Shown piece after piece: positions 40,969 to 50,364 of a stretch of DNA of 64,000 nucleotides. The notes beneath the pieces were generated by a model. That model was not told the DNA's origin. It searched no databases and saw only the letters and a program-made list of their open reading frames with translations. Numbering within the stretch: the stretch's first letter is position 1; every line of letters begins with the position of its first letter. This DNA comes from a virus (taxonomy: Duplodnaviria; Heunggongvirae; Uroviricota; Caudoviricetes): IMG/VR virus record IMGVR_UViG_2861079508_000001. The stretch is one strand, 5' to 3'. A program made the translations under genes and the position numbers.

Positions 40969-41266
40969 TAAAAAGGTGGTGCTTTTGCCGTTACGCACCA
41001 CCCCGTCAGTAGCTGAACAGGAGGGACAGCTGATAGAAACAGAAGCCACTGGAGCACCTCAAAAACACCATCATACACTAAATCAGTAAGTTGGCAGCAT
41101 CACCGAGCGCCAGCGGCGAACATATGAGCTTCGGAAATACTAGACATTCTTAACTCCGTTGTTTTCTAGTTGTGGTTATTTTCACAAATAAGAAAAGATA
41201 GAAAACAATTTATTTAAGGCCACAACTTATGGCCTTTATTTATTCATGCCGAAGGATTTGTAGCGT

Positions 41267-41647
41267 CTAATTGCCGGATAAAATGGGGTGAGGTGCTTGC
41301 CAGTAGGCTCCACCGTTCCATGTGAACCCCATGCGAATAAGAGTGTTTATTGCGGCTTTGGTAGACTCCGATTCGACACTGGCTTTACGAAACTCTTGAA
41401 CCTCTTTCGCCAACTTGTATGTAATTGTGCAGGGGACGATTGCAGCCCAGCCTTTCTCATGACTGTTAATGACCATCTGGATGTGACCATCCAGAATAGG
41501 TTGATTAGGCATGTTATTGAAAATGTCTGCCTGTTTTTGAATGTGAAGAAAAAGCCTTGCCAGCGCCATTTGCTCACTACGAGACAAGGGATTATCAAGA
41601 GGGCTTTTTGCAAAAGCTGCTATACGCTGTGCATCAATGCCAAACAT
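41267..41647 (-). CDS. hypothetical protein
   Basis: 126 aa ORF. Confidence 0.45.
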   Translation of the reverse strand: MFGIDAQRIAAFAKSPLDNPLSRSEQMALARLFLHIQKQADIFNNMPNQPILDGHIQMVINSHEKGWAAIVPCTITYKLAKEVQEFRKASVESESTKAAINTLIRMGFTWNGGAYWQAPHPILSGN

Positions 41648-42351
41648 CAGCGCACCTCACCATCTTTATGGCTGGAGTTAACTTCCGTCATTAAATGTCT
41701 GACGTAATCGACAAGAGAGCCGCCTGGTGGAATCTGGCATTCCTCAACTAACTGGAAGTAGATATCCGCTGCATTACGTGTATTGCTACCCGCGCATATT
41801 CTTTCTTCCCGAAGTGCATGAAGCTCGTTGATCAAACGGTCACACTCTCCGTTACGCTGATCCACAACGGCCTCAAGCTCTGCGACGCGTTCACCTGGCG
41901 TCTTACCTTCTTTGCGTTGGATGGTAACGACGAAATCGCCAATTGCAGGGACGTTGTAATCCAGCTCAAGGTAGTTTTTGGCACCGCTGCGGACGAACTC
42001 ACCCGCGAACATGGTGGCGAACATCGCAGAGGCCACTTCTCCGTTGAAAAGTGACTCCAGATCTAACGGAGTCCCGGCAGCAAGAGCCTCTTTTGCTGTA
42101 TCCATTGCATCCATGAACCGATCAAACTCACTAGCGCGCTTTTCCAGGTCTTTCCATTGCTCGCTCCAACGTTTGGCAACGAAGTCTATGAATGTTTTCG
42201 CGGATTCATCAAAATTCCCCTCAAACTTAACGATGCCTTTATCAATAATGATCTGGCCTACCGCATCCTCTGCATAACCTTTCAATGTAAACTTGAAAGG
42301 AAAATCGGAATGGCCTGTGACGTTAAAATGCTCTAACTGGAGGTTGCTCAT
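41647..42351 (-). CDS. hypothetical protein
   Basis: 234 aa ORF. Confidence 0.45.
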   Translation of the reverse strand: MSNLQLEHFNVTGHSDFPFKFTLKGYAEDAVGQIIIDKGIVKFEGNFDESAKTFIDFVAKRWSEQWKDLEKRASEFDRFMDAMDTAKEALAAGTPLDLESLFNGEVASAMFATMFAGEFVRSGAKNYLELDYNVPAIGDFVVTIQRKEGKTPGERVAELEAVVDQRNGECDRLINELHALREERICAGSNTRNAADIYFQLVEECQIPPGGSLVDYVRHLMTEVNSSHKDGEVR

Positions 42352-42412
42352 GTGTTTTTCTCTTATCGTTTAGTAACTACATTCTTACATAAATTAAGTA
42401 AGCATTTACCTA

Positions 42413-44098
42413 TCATTTAACGCGTTTGAAAACGTATACGCTGACTGTGATCCCTGTGTCTTCAAACTCGTTGGTAAACGACTTCCCTCTGGCATAAACG
42501 TAATTATCCATCGTCATCCAGTCCAGTATTGGCGCAGTGCCCGGCAATACTGCTACAAGACGCCCGCCGACTTTCAGATGCCCCAGCGCAGCCAGCGTGT
42601 GCTCTCTATGACGACCAAGCGAGTACGGCGGGTTCATAACGATTTTGTCGAACTGATAACCTGCGTTGTCCTCAGACCACTTTATGAAGTCGCAGCAAAT
42701 CGTGTTCGTATACCCTTTTCCACGCAGGATATCAGCGAAGAGAGGTGCGATTTCTATGCAGGTAACATCTTCCAGATCGGCGTCAATATAGGCCAGAAGA
42801 TCCCCACGTCCGGCTTGAGGCTCCAACAGCTTCTCACCAGGCTTCAATTCAGTGGCTCTTGCAACGTACTCAGCAATCAAGCGTGGGGTAGGGTAGAACT
42901 GGTGTGATTTTGTATCCGGTATTAAACCGGTAGCCACAATCGTATTTAGCGTATGGCCGATGTCATACGGGAACTGCCAGTGCTTTTTCTCCTGCACGCC
43001 GCCAATGAAGCTCAGTGTGCGCTCAAGCTCTTCCACCTGCGACTTCTGGAGAGCTGAATCAGAGAAGTACCATACACCTTTGTCTTTGCTCAATCGCCCG
43101 TCACGAAGCGCAGTGCGAACCGGCACGGAGATCGTCTTCTGGATTAAACCGAACTGCTTTGGTGCCCGTGTTTTTGGCGCAGTTCGGCATGGCGCGGGGA
43201 TTGCAGCAGGCATACTGTAAGCCAGCACCTCATTCAACTTCCAGGCCACGTCAGGATGTATTTCAAAGTGAACGTTGCCGTTCTTGAACATCTTCACGCG
43301 CATCAGATTTCCATCGACGTTCATCCAGTCACCGGTCTGGCAGTCGTTTGCCCGATACGCAGCTGATAGCACCTCAGCAGTGCGGTTGATGGTAATAAAT
43401 TCTTTGTGCGCGAAGAAATGAAGCAAGACACGCAGATCGTCGATGTAGTCCTCTTTGCGATAGTTCACGCTAACGCTGTCCCGCCAGAAATCAGAAATGC
43501 AGTCAGCGATTATCAGCCGCTCGCTGAAACCATTTGTCTTATTTGTCTTGTGCACAGGACTCAGCGCCTTAAACAAGCCATACACGCGCTCAGAGAGATA
43601 TTTGTGCCTGTCATTCAGCAAATTAAGCATCGTGGGTATGACCGTTTCTGCTTTGAACTCCGGTACACCAACGAACTCTTTAACCTTCATCTGGTAGCCG
43701 GTTCTGTCAGTTTTGATGACTTCCTGTTTGCCCTCTATAAACTGCTCGCGCCACTCATCTCGACGGGAAGCTGGCATGATCAGCAAAACGTTAGTCATGT
43801 CCGTGACCTTCCTCCAGTACTCGGCCCAAATATTCTGTTTCACCCATTCCAGATCGACTTTATCCAACCAACCTCGATTTAAACGCGAGCGATCTTCATC
43901 TGGTCGATGGTTTAGTTTCAGCAGGCGATTAATCATGTTGTGGCGTTCGTCGCCATAAACGAAGTTGTGAACCTGATACATGAAGGCGATCTCTTTCTCG
44001 CACTCGGCCACAATTTCGTGGATAACGTTCATTTCCTGACGATAATCGATAGCAGTGTTTGAGCTGGCATCGTCGATGATGGAAAGGGCTGTATTCAT
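42413..44098 (-). CDS. N6-adenine DNA methyltransferase with large N-terminal domain of unknown function
   Basis: C-terminal motifs FYPTP, EPQAGRGD (AdoMet binding) and NPPY (catalytic). Confidence 0.65.
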   Translation of the reverse strand: MNTALSIIDDASSNTAIDYRQEMNVIHEIVAECEKEIAFMYQVHNFVYGDERHNMINRLLKLNHRPDEDRSRLNRGWLDKVDLEWVKQNIWAEYWRKVTDMTNVLLIMPASRRDEWREQFIEGKQEVIKTDRTGYQMKVKEFVGVPEFKAETVIPTMLNLLNDRHKYLSERVYGLFKALSPVHKTNKTNGFSERLIIADCISDFWRDSVSVNYRKEDYIDDLRVLLHFFAHKEFITINRTAEVLSAAYRANDCQTGDWMNVDGNLMRVKMFKNGNVHFEIHPDVAWKLNEVLAYSMPAAIPAPCRTAPKTRAPKQFGLIQKTISVPVRTALRDGRLSKDKGVWYFSDSALQKSQVEELERTLSFIGGVQEKKHWQFPYDIGHTLNTIVATGLIPDTKSHQFYPTPRLIAEYVARATELKPGEKLLEPQAGRGDLLAYIDADLEDVTCIEIAPLFADILRGKGYTNTICCDFIKWSEDNAGYQFDKIVMNPPYSLGRHREHTLAALGHLKVGGRLVAVLPGTAPILDWMTMDNYVYARGKSFTNEFEDTGITVSVYVFKRVK

Positions 44099-44110
44099 AA
44101 TTACACCATT

Positions 44111-44126
44111 AAATAATTTGTTTTCT
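44111..44126. promoter_or_regulatory. palindromic motif AAATAATTTGTTTTCT
   Basis: immediately upstream of methyltransferase gene. Confidence 0.45.
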
Positions 44127-44239
44127 GATTGGTGTAATTATCGCAAACTTGAAAAGGCATAAAAGCTGCATTCATAGGCGTTACAGCAGATTTAAGGCGT
44201 AAAAATGGGGGCTGTCGCCCCCTGTCGACTGGTGCTGTA

Positions 44240-44806
44240 TTAGAGTGCGTATTGCGTTTTGTGCGGCTGCTTATTCAAGTCATGGCGATGCGTGAGCTCC
44301 CGCATCATGTCTTCAAGGCGACTCTTTGTGTCGTCGAGCTGGTCGGCCATTGCACCTAAAAGCTGGCGAACGGCCATCGGATCGTCGCTGTTTAGTGATG
44401 GCATTTTAGAACCTGCTTTAGAAGACATAAGGTTGATTGCAGACATCAACATCGTTAGAGAGGATTTAAGCCCGGCAATTTCACGATCTTTGCTGGCAAT
44501 AATCGTCTCACTTTTGTTACCGTCATCAGTTTCTTGAGTCTCGCTCACCATATCCAAAGTCGCTTGCAACTTATCAGCTCTCTCTTTTTCAGCAAGGTAA
44601 TGAACACCGAAATGGTGTGCCAAAGCTACAATCTGAGTTGGCTCTTCAAAGGTGGAATTAAAATTAAGTATTGTAAACAGTCTCTCAAATATGGAAACGT
44701 CTTCTATTCCTCGAAGAATGGCTAACATTTTGACCAGTTCATTAGCATCCATTTCTTCGAATAAGGCGTTTTGTTCATCAGCTATCGCTTTGCATTTCTT
44801 GCACAT
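44240..44806 (-). CDS. hypothetical protein
   Basis: 188 aa ORF with motif upstream. Confidence 0.45.
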   Translation of the reverse strand: MCKKCKAIADEQNALFEEMDANELVKMLAILRGIEDVSIFERLFTILNFNSTFEEPTQIVALAHHFGVHYLAEKERADKLQATLDMVSETQETDDGNKSETIIASKDREIAGLKSSLTMLMSAINLMSSKAGSKMPSLNSDDPMAVRQLLGAMADQLDDTKSRLEDMMRELTHRHDLNKQPHKTQYAL

Positions 44807-44824
44807 GTGTTTTTCCTAATGCTT

Positions 44825-44840
44825 AAACAAGTTGTTTTCT
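44825..44840. promoter_or_regulatory. palindromic motif AAACAAGTTGTTTTCT
   Basis: upstream of 44240-44806. Confidence 0.45.
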
Positions 44841-45103
44841 TATTGTCTTTATTGTGATGTGGCATAAAAGGGGAGCAAGCTAAACGTAAAGGTGCAAACT
44901 CTCTATTTCGGTCAACGAAACACAAGGGCCATTTGGCCCTTGTCATTAACACTTTGCTTTACGAACTAACGGATAAGCGAAGTAGATCGCCAAACCAATG
45001 AGGACGCCATCAGAAATGACAGACATCATCTTTCCCGTAAAATCCACCAACACCGCCATCACCAGAAGAGCAATGACGATCACAAGCCGGAATCTCTCAA
45101 GCA

Positions 45104-45529
45104 TTAGAGATAAGCATCCAGTGACAACTGAAGCGCCTGGGCGATCTTTTTCAGTGCCTGCTCTTCTTGTTCACCAATGCCGTCCTGATCGGCAATATCA
45201 AGGCACAGACACAGAACATCGACCGCCTCTGGAGTACCCGCAATATCAGACAGCTCACGAATAGCCTGTGCATTAGCAGAACGAGGGGACGCTTCGTAAC
45301 GAGCACGGATATTGGCGCTCATTTGGGCAATTTCACCAGCAAACGGAGAAAACGCAGGCAGAGCTGCAATTGTCTTCTCAAGAATGGCAATTTCTTTTGC
45401 GTCACATGTGCCGTCGGCATAGGAGATCATGTACGCGCCCCACACGGTGGCCTCAACCGCATCACGGTTCTCCATTTTTTTGACTTCGATAACAGCTTTA
45501 CGAGTTTTCTTTTTGAAGAAACCTAACAT
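45104..45529 (-). CDS. TerB-like domain protein (putative)
   Basis: 141 aa, weak resemblance to TerB/DUF533 helical fold. Confidence 0.35.
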   Translation of the reverse strand: MLGFFKKKTRKAVIEVKKMENRDAVEATVWGAYMISYADGTCDAKEIAILEKTIAALPAFSPFAGEIAQMSANIRARYEASPRSANAQAIRELSDIAGTPEAVDVLCLCLDIADQDGIGEQEEQALKKIAQALQLSLDAYL

Positions 45530-45552
45530 GTGCTTTCCTTTTATTATTTGTC

Positions 45553-45569
45553 AAAACAAGTTGTTTTCT
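45553..45569. promoter_or_regulatory. palindromic motif AAAACAAGTTGTTTTCT
   Basis: upstream of 45104-45529. Confidence 0.45.
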
Positions 45570-45622
45570 AATTACATAAATTGCTTACGCAGAGATGGTC
45601 AATGCATATGCACTAACAGCCG

Positions 45623-45811
45623 TCAGAAATAACCAAGTACCGAACCAACTGGAAAAACAAAAATCCCAACTACACGAGCCAAGGTCATGCCAGCCTGAAA
45701 CTGGAGATCGCCAGAGCAAACAAGTTTTATAATGTTCGATACCCAACCGGCGGCCATAAGGGCAAGAATTGCCAGCCAAATTTTTCCAAAGTGATTTGAA
45801 AACCAGTTCAT
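45623..45811 (-). CDS. small membrane protein (two predicted TM helices)
   Basis: 62 aa hydrophobic ORF. Confidence 0.4.
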   Translation of the reverse strand: MNWFSNHFGKIWLAILALMAAGWVSNIIKLVCSGDLQFQAGMTLARVVGIFVFPVGSVLGYF

Positions 45812-45820
45812 ACAACCGCC

Positions 45821-46315
45821 TTAGTCACAGCATGATCCTGAGTAACTGGATGAACTTGAGGTATCGCATCCACCGCCATCCCATCCAGAGTGACAGGACG
45901 CTCCACTGGAGTGGTGGTAATTGTCGTCGACGAAGGTGTGGTGATGGATGAATCCGGCATCAAAAGGCTCTGACCGGCTGGAACGGCTACCGTCGCCAGT
46001 GAAACTATAATGAGAACGTAGGCCATTGGTTTCAGCCTCTTTCTTTGAAAATTTTCCATTCGAACTGTCCTTGTTGTTTTTCTCCTTCACTAAAGGCCGT
46101 GCATTTTTCGCTTCGCGTGAAGAACCAGAGGCAACAATCGCCCCCACGTTCGCAACAACTGACGCTTGATTATCTAAACGTTCATTCAGCAACCGAACGG
46201 TAGTCTCTAGTTCATCAAGGCGTGACATAACACGACCGCTAAATAATTCGGCCAAAATTTGACGTAAAGAACGAGGACGTTTAGTTACAGAAGTGAAATA
46301 GGTTTGACGTGCCAT
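45821..46315 (-). CDS. hypothetical protein (C-terminal part low-complexity; overlapping 83-aa signal-anchor ORF 45808-46059 in another frame)
   Basis: ORF track; overlapping frames. Confidence 0.3.
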   Translation of the reverse strand: MARQTYFTSVTKRPRSLRQILAELFSGRVMSRLDELETTVRLLNERLDNQASVVANVGAIVASGSSREAKNARPLVKEKNNKDSSNGKFSKKEAETNGLRSHYSFTGDGSRSSRSEPFDAGFIHHHTFVDDNYHHSSGASCHSGWDGGGCDTSSSSSYSGSCCD

Positions 46316-46463
46316 GTGGACTCCATCCAGTGTCAGAAAGAGTTGCGGCTGGCGATTGCCAGCCGCCTTTCTCGTTCCATCCTGGAACTGTGTCTTACCG
46401 ACACATTGTCATCCTGACGCCGATAAGATACATGATTTAAAATGATAGGTAAAAACTTACTTA

Positions 46464-47054
46464 CTATTTATTATAAACAAAACCAATATCTTTCTTGTGA
46501 GGCATATCTGCTGCTGAAAAAGCTGCGATCTTCGCGAGTCGATCACATATTTCATTTTCACGATGCCCGGCGTGACCTTTAACCCACTTCCAGCGAACAT
46601 TATGTCGACTTGCGGCCTCATCCAGACGCTTCCACAGATCAACATTCTTTACCGGTTTTTTGTCAGAAGTCATCCATCCATTGCGTTTCCACCATTTCAT
46701 CCACTGTGTCATGCCGTTTTTCAGATACTGGCTATCAGAGTGCAAAATAACGTTGCATGGATATTTCAAACGCTCCAGCCCGATAAGTGCCCCCATCATC
46801 TCCATGCGGTTATTGGTGGTGCTATGAAAACCATCTGAGAACTCGCGTTCCTCACCACGATACTGGAGAACGATACCGTAACCGCCCGGGCCACCCGGAT
46901 TTTTAAGGCAAGAGCCATCACTAAAGATTTTCACGGTTTTAAGCTGGGGATTGAACTCTACGACAGGCGTTGTGGGATTGGTGCGGGGGGAATTTTTGTT
47001 TTTGGCTTTTTTGCGAGTTTTTGCTTGCGATCGGGCTGGTGTCTTCGTCGTCAT
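46464..47054 (-). CDS. rnh: ribonuclease H (RnhA-like)
   Basis: Conserved RNase H motifs (SDGSCL, HSDSQY, KGHAGH); start at MTTKTP with AGGAG RBS. Confidence 0.8.
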   Translation of the reverse strand: MTTKTPARSQAKTRKKAKNKNSPRTNPTTPVVEFNPQLKTVKIFSDGSCLKNPGGPGGYGIVLQYRGEEREFSDGFHSTTNNRMEMMGALIGLERLKYPCNVILHSDSQYLKNGMTQWMKWWKRNGWMTSDKKPVKNVDLWKRLDEAASRHNVRWKWVKGHAGHRENEICDRLAKIAAFSAADMPHKKDIGFVYNK

Positions 47055-47138
47055 ATAAACTCCTGAATCAAGCGCCGCGCCGATTTTTCCTCGCGCGTGC
47101 GCACACGCGTGCGTGTTAATAATTATTAAAATAAACAA

Positions 47139-47636
47139 ATTACTTCCCAGAACAGGTTTTTATAAACCTGAACTGAACGAACGAAGTGAGTGAAGTTCAC
47201 CTCGAACGAAGTGAGAGGTTGTCTTTTCAGGTAATACTCTCCCAGGGAGGTGAGTATAAAAATCTCTCACCAACCTGGTCGTTTCATAACCTGAAAAGTT
47301 ATGGTCTAAGTCTACTGCCAGCTTAGACTTGGGAAGTTATGGATGACAGCACCCCAGAACCGAGATCTTCCCACACTTTATGAAGGGGAGTACTGGATTC
47401 AACCTCTCGAAACACCCCAGACTCGACAATCATAAAGTGACCCTTGTCTCTGCTCACTTTGGTTCCCCCTTCCCCGACACCTAAACGGCACCAGTTCTAC
47501 GCTGGTAGTGAGCTTTTTTAAACCTGACGCCAGTGACGCTTACCCCCACCCATCAGGTCGAGTCTCCAGTCTACGACTGGAAACTATCAGATCTTAGCAC
47601 TTACAATTCACTTTATGAATAGTTTGTACTTATCTA
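47139..47636. repeat. ORF-free ~500-bp region rich in hairpins and short direct repeats
   Basis: No ORF of 60 aa or more on either strand; repeats CGAACGAAGTGAG x2, AAGTTATGG x2, several inverted repeats. Confidence 0.5.
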
Positions 47637-47891
47637 TCATTGTGATTGATTATTTTCTCTACCATGTAGTTGAACATTCAAGGCAAACACCTCATTGATC
47701 AACTCACCTAAAAGCTGTTCAACAAGTTCGCGATGCTCGCCAAGATGCAAGCACTTAATTGCCCATTCGTACAAGTTGAAAGCCTGCTCACGATCTTTCA
47801 TCATTTCACGAGCCTGGGCCAGAAAATCGCTCTCTACGAGCGCAACGACATTAGTCGGGTATGACATGTTGGTTTCCTTAAAGTGGTTCAT
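47637..47891 (-). CDS. hypothetical small protein
   Basis: 84 aa ORF. Confidence 0.4.
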   Translation of the reverse strand: MNHFKETNMSYPTNVVALVESDFLAQAREMMKDREQAFNLYEWAIKCLHLGEHRELVEQLLGELINEVFALNVQLHGRENNQSQ

Positions 47892-47964
47892 AAAATCGAT
47901 TTTAAAGCGTCTGGGAAGGGGTTCTAGTGGATTCTGTTGTGATGTTCAGGTCTGGAGTCTCTGA

Positions 47965-48035
47965 TACAAAACAGCCTGCTTCCGTATATTAATAATTAAT
48001 ATGTAGTTATTTATATATACAGAAGCAGGCTAATT
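47965..48035. repeat. long imperfect palindrome, copy 2 (arms AGCCTGCTTCCGTATAT / ATATATACAGAAGCAGGCT)
   Basis: Same arms as element at 23791-23889. Confidence 0.6.
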
Positions 48036-48052
48036 ACAGACGCCAGAACAAA

Positions 48053-48646
48053 CTAAGCAGCCTTCTTTGATGGTCTTTTTTTCCTGATCACATTCGCAGG
48101 ATCATACCCTCCCAGACTTTTCATGACGTCCAAAGGGATCTTGCTTATAGAGTGCCCAGCGTCCTGACAGAATCCTCGAAAAACAACGAGCATACTGCCA
48201 CCTGGGTTGATGTTTACTTCTACCTGACCCAGATTTACGTCAGGCTCGACAAACGCTACGCGGCCACCAGACAGAATAATCGTCTCATTCGCACACTCTG
48301 TTGCACGCTCATACCACTTTGTATCTAGGGATTGAGGAATTAGCATCACTGTTGTAACTCCGCGAGCCTGCTCACGTATAGCCGCATCAATCCAGGGGTA
48401 GATTTTGGAGTAGGGTGGATTGAGGAAGGCAATTGTACCTGGCTGTCCCCATTCAGATTTCAAAGCATCACGCTCAACGCCTATGAAATTAGGCAGCTTT
48501 GCATTGTCCTTGTTGCAGGCAACGTCAACATCAAATGTCACTCCAAGATAACGTTGAATGGCAGAAAACAGCCAGTCAGGTGTTCTCCAGAGGTCACGAA
48601 GAGAGTTGTCACGCTTTCGCTGTTTGATTTTTTCGGCTGCAATCAT
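48053..48646 (-). CDS. dam: phage Dam-type N6-adenine DNA methyltransferase
   Basis: Small MTase with NPPYS catalytic motif. Confidence 0.8.
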   Translation of the reverse strand: MIAAEKIKQRKRDNSLRDLWRTPDWLFSAIQRYLGVTFDVDVACNKDNAKLPNFIGVERDALKSEWGQPGTIAFLNPPYSKIYPWIDAAIREQARGVTTVMLIPQSLDTKWYERATECANETIILSGGRVAFVEPDVNLGQVEVNINPGGSMLVVFRGFCQDAGHSISKIPLDVMKSLGGYDPANVIRKKRPSKKAA

Positions 48647-48712
48647 CTTCTTTCTCGATAGGTAAGTAAATACCTATTTTTGCATTTGATTTTATGTCTG
48701 GCAATCAAATAA

Positions 48713-48755
48713 AACGCGCCAGAAATGCAAACGAGAAGCTCTCTGGCGCGTTTTT
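48713..48755. terminator. intrinsic terminator hairpin (ACGCGCCAGA...TCTGGCGCGT plus T-run)
   Basis: long stem with T-run; intergenic. Confidence 0.5.
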
Positions 48756-48829
48756 GTGGTGCTGGGTATGTGATTGGCTTACCCAGTACTATAAAGCTCT
48801 CTATGGGCTTTATTTTAAGTAGGGGAACG

Positions 48830-49639
48830 TCATCCAATAGTGTACTCCGCGACAAACTTCTTAACGATCGGTGATTCTTCGTTCAATGTTAGATTTCCAC
48901 CGTCTCTAACGGCAATTCCTGTCGCTGGAAATACAGCCATCATTTGCCCAGCCTGAGTTGACGCAGTGTTAAGCGGATACGGTTTTTCTGGATTGCTCAT
49001 TAAAGCAATCTTAATACTATTACTTGTAGCCTTCTTTTCTGTGAGAAGGTGTCTCATGGAAATTACCGTGTAAACACTAATATCTGGACCTCCGCTAAAC
49101 CAATTAAGAAGGTTTAATATCTTATCCTTTGCTTTGACAGGCGCGTTATCGTAAGCGTCTAAGAAAATATCTTTTTCTAAGCCCGCTTTATTGAAAAACG
49201 AATCATCTTTATCACTTAAAGTAAAACGAGGACCTCTTGCAGTACGAGCTTTTTTATTTGTATTGCTATCATTTGACTGTTGAACTTTTAATTCATCATT
49301 AACCTCAACACACTCTTCAACCTCAATAAATCCCAATTGTTCTGGCTCGTTTTCGGCAGCTTCAACACTTTCAGCGTTAATTACGTTTATAGGCTCATGC
49401 GCTAACTCCAACTCATTTAAAGCAGAGCTGAAATCACCTGCTTTTTCTTCATTGAAAAGTTCTTCGGCAACATCATCAGAACTCATGGCTACGCCAGCAT
49501 CTAGGCCGAGCAGCAGATCGTCAATATCATCAGTATTTTCAACCTGTGCAGCTTTTTTTACTGGTTCATCAAGTGATTGCAACATGGCTGTCAGCTCGTC
49601 CAGATCATCATTTGTCATTACATTTTCAACCGAACTCAT
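48830..49639 (-). CDS. acidic hypothetical protein
   Basis: 269 aa ORF with highly acidic N-terminal half. Confidence 0.45.
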   Translation of the reverse strand: MSSVENVMTNDDLDELTAMLQSLDEPVKKAAQVENTDDIDDLLLGLDAGVAMSSDDVAEELFNEEKAGDFSSALNELELAHEPINVINAESVEAAENEPEQLGFIEVEECVEVNDELKVQQSNDSNTNKKARTARGPRFTLSDKDDSFFNKAGLEKDIFLDAYDNAPVKAKDKILNLLNWFSGGPDISVYTVISMRHLLTEKKATSNSIKIALMSNPEKPYPLNTASTQAGQMMAVFPATGIAVRDGGNLTLNEESPIVKKFVAEYTIG

Positions 49640-49797
49640 GTAAGTCTCCTTCTGTTTGGTTACATTTGCGTTTCGATGGCTGCATTTTGACTAAACCTAT
49701 CAGGCGGAAAAGTATTAAATACAGGCAGAAAATGATTGAAAGGCGACTGTTCTTTAAAAAAAAGCCTACTTTAAACTTTTTAAAGTAGGCTTTTGTT

Positions 49798-50355
49798 TTA
49801 CACAATTTCAGAGGGTAATTTAAAAAATCCGTACTTATTACGTGCCTTAAAGAAGCATTGCATCATTAAGTTTGTGTCATATAAGGCACTATGTGCTTTG
49901 GCATGATCGTATATAAAGCCAAGAGAGAAGGCCAACTCTTCAAGGCGGGGACGTTTACCGTCTTCTGTGGCCCACAATCCCGATAACATAGTATCTATAA
50001 CAGGAACTTCTGGCAGTCTTACTCCATACCCTGAAAACTCGTGTCGAATAAATGGTATATCAAATGCTTCGCCGTTATGAGCAACCCACACACTACATGC
50101 CCCCATATAAGCGCCAATTTCGCTGGCATGATTTGACAACAAAGGTTCAGCTGCGAGCTGTTCCAATGAAATGCCATGAACGGCTTGAGCTTTCGGATCT
50201 ATGTTTCTGCGAGGGTTAAAACGCATCTCCAGACTATCAATATGTCTCTGTGTCTCCAGTTCATAGCGGGTAATTGCGATTTCAATAATTTTATGACCAG
50301 CAAGGAAATCCAGTCCCGTAGACTCGATATCGATGCCTGCAACAATCGTTGTCAT
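49798..50355 (-). CDS. DEDD-family 3'-5' exonuclease (DnaQ-like)
   Basis: Exo motifs GIDIESTG, HNGEAFD, HSALYD. Confidence 0.7.
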   Translation of the reverse strand: MTTIVAGIDIESTGLDFLAGHKIIEIAITRYELETQRHIDSLEMRFNPRRNIDPKAQAVHGISLEQLAAEPLLSNHASEIGAYMGACSVWVAHNGEAFDIPFIRHEFSGYGVRLPEVPVIDTMLSGLWATEDGKRPRLEELAFSLGFIYDHAKAHSALYDTNLMMQCFFKARNKYGFFKLPSEIV

Positions 50356-50364
50356 CAGAACTCC

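Noticed and set aside
40974-41001. Hairpin GGTGGTGC...GCACCACC after apbC as an intrinsic terminator
   Set aside because: No U-tract follows; may be a rho-dependent or structural element. Not called.
48643-48855. 70-aa ORF between the Dam gene and the acidic protein gene
   Set aside because: Falls on an intergenic segment made of terminator hairpins and a palindromic motif; no RBS.
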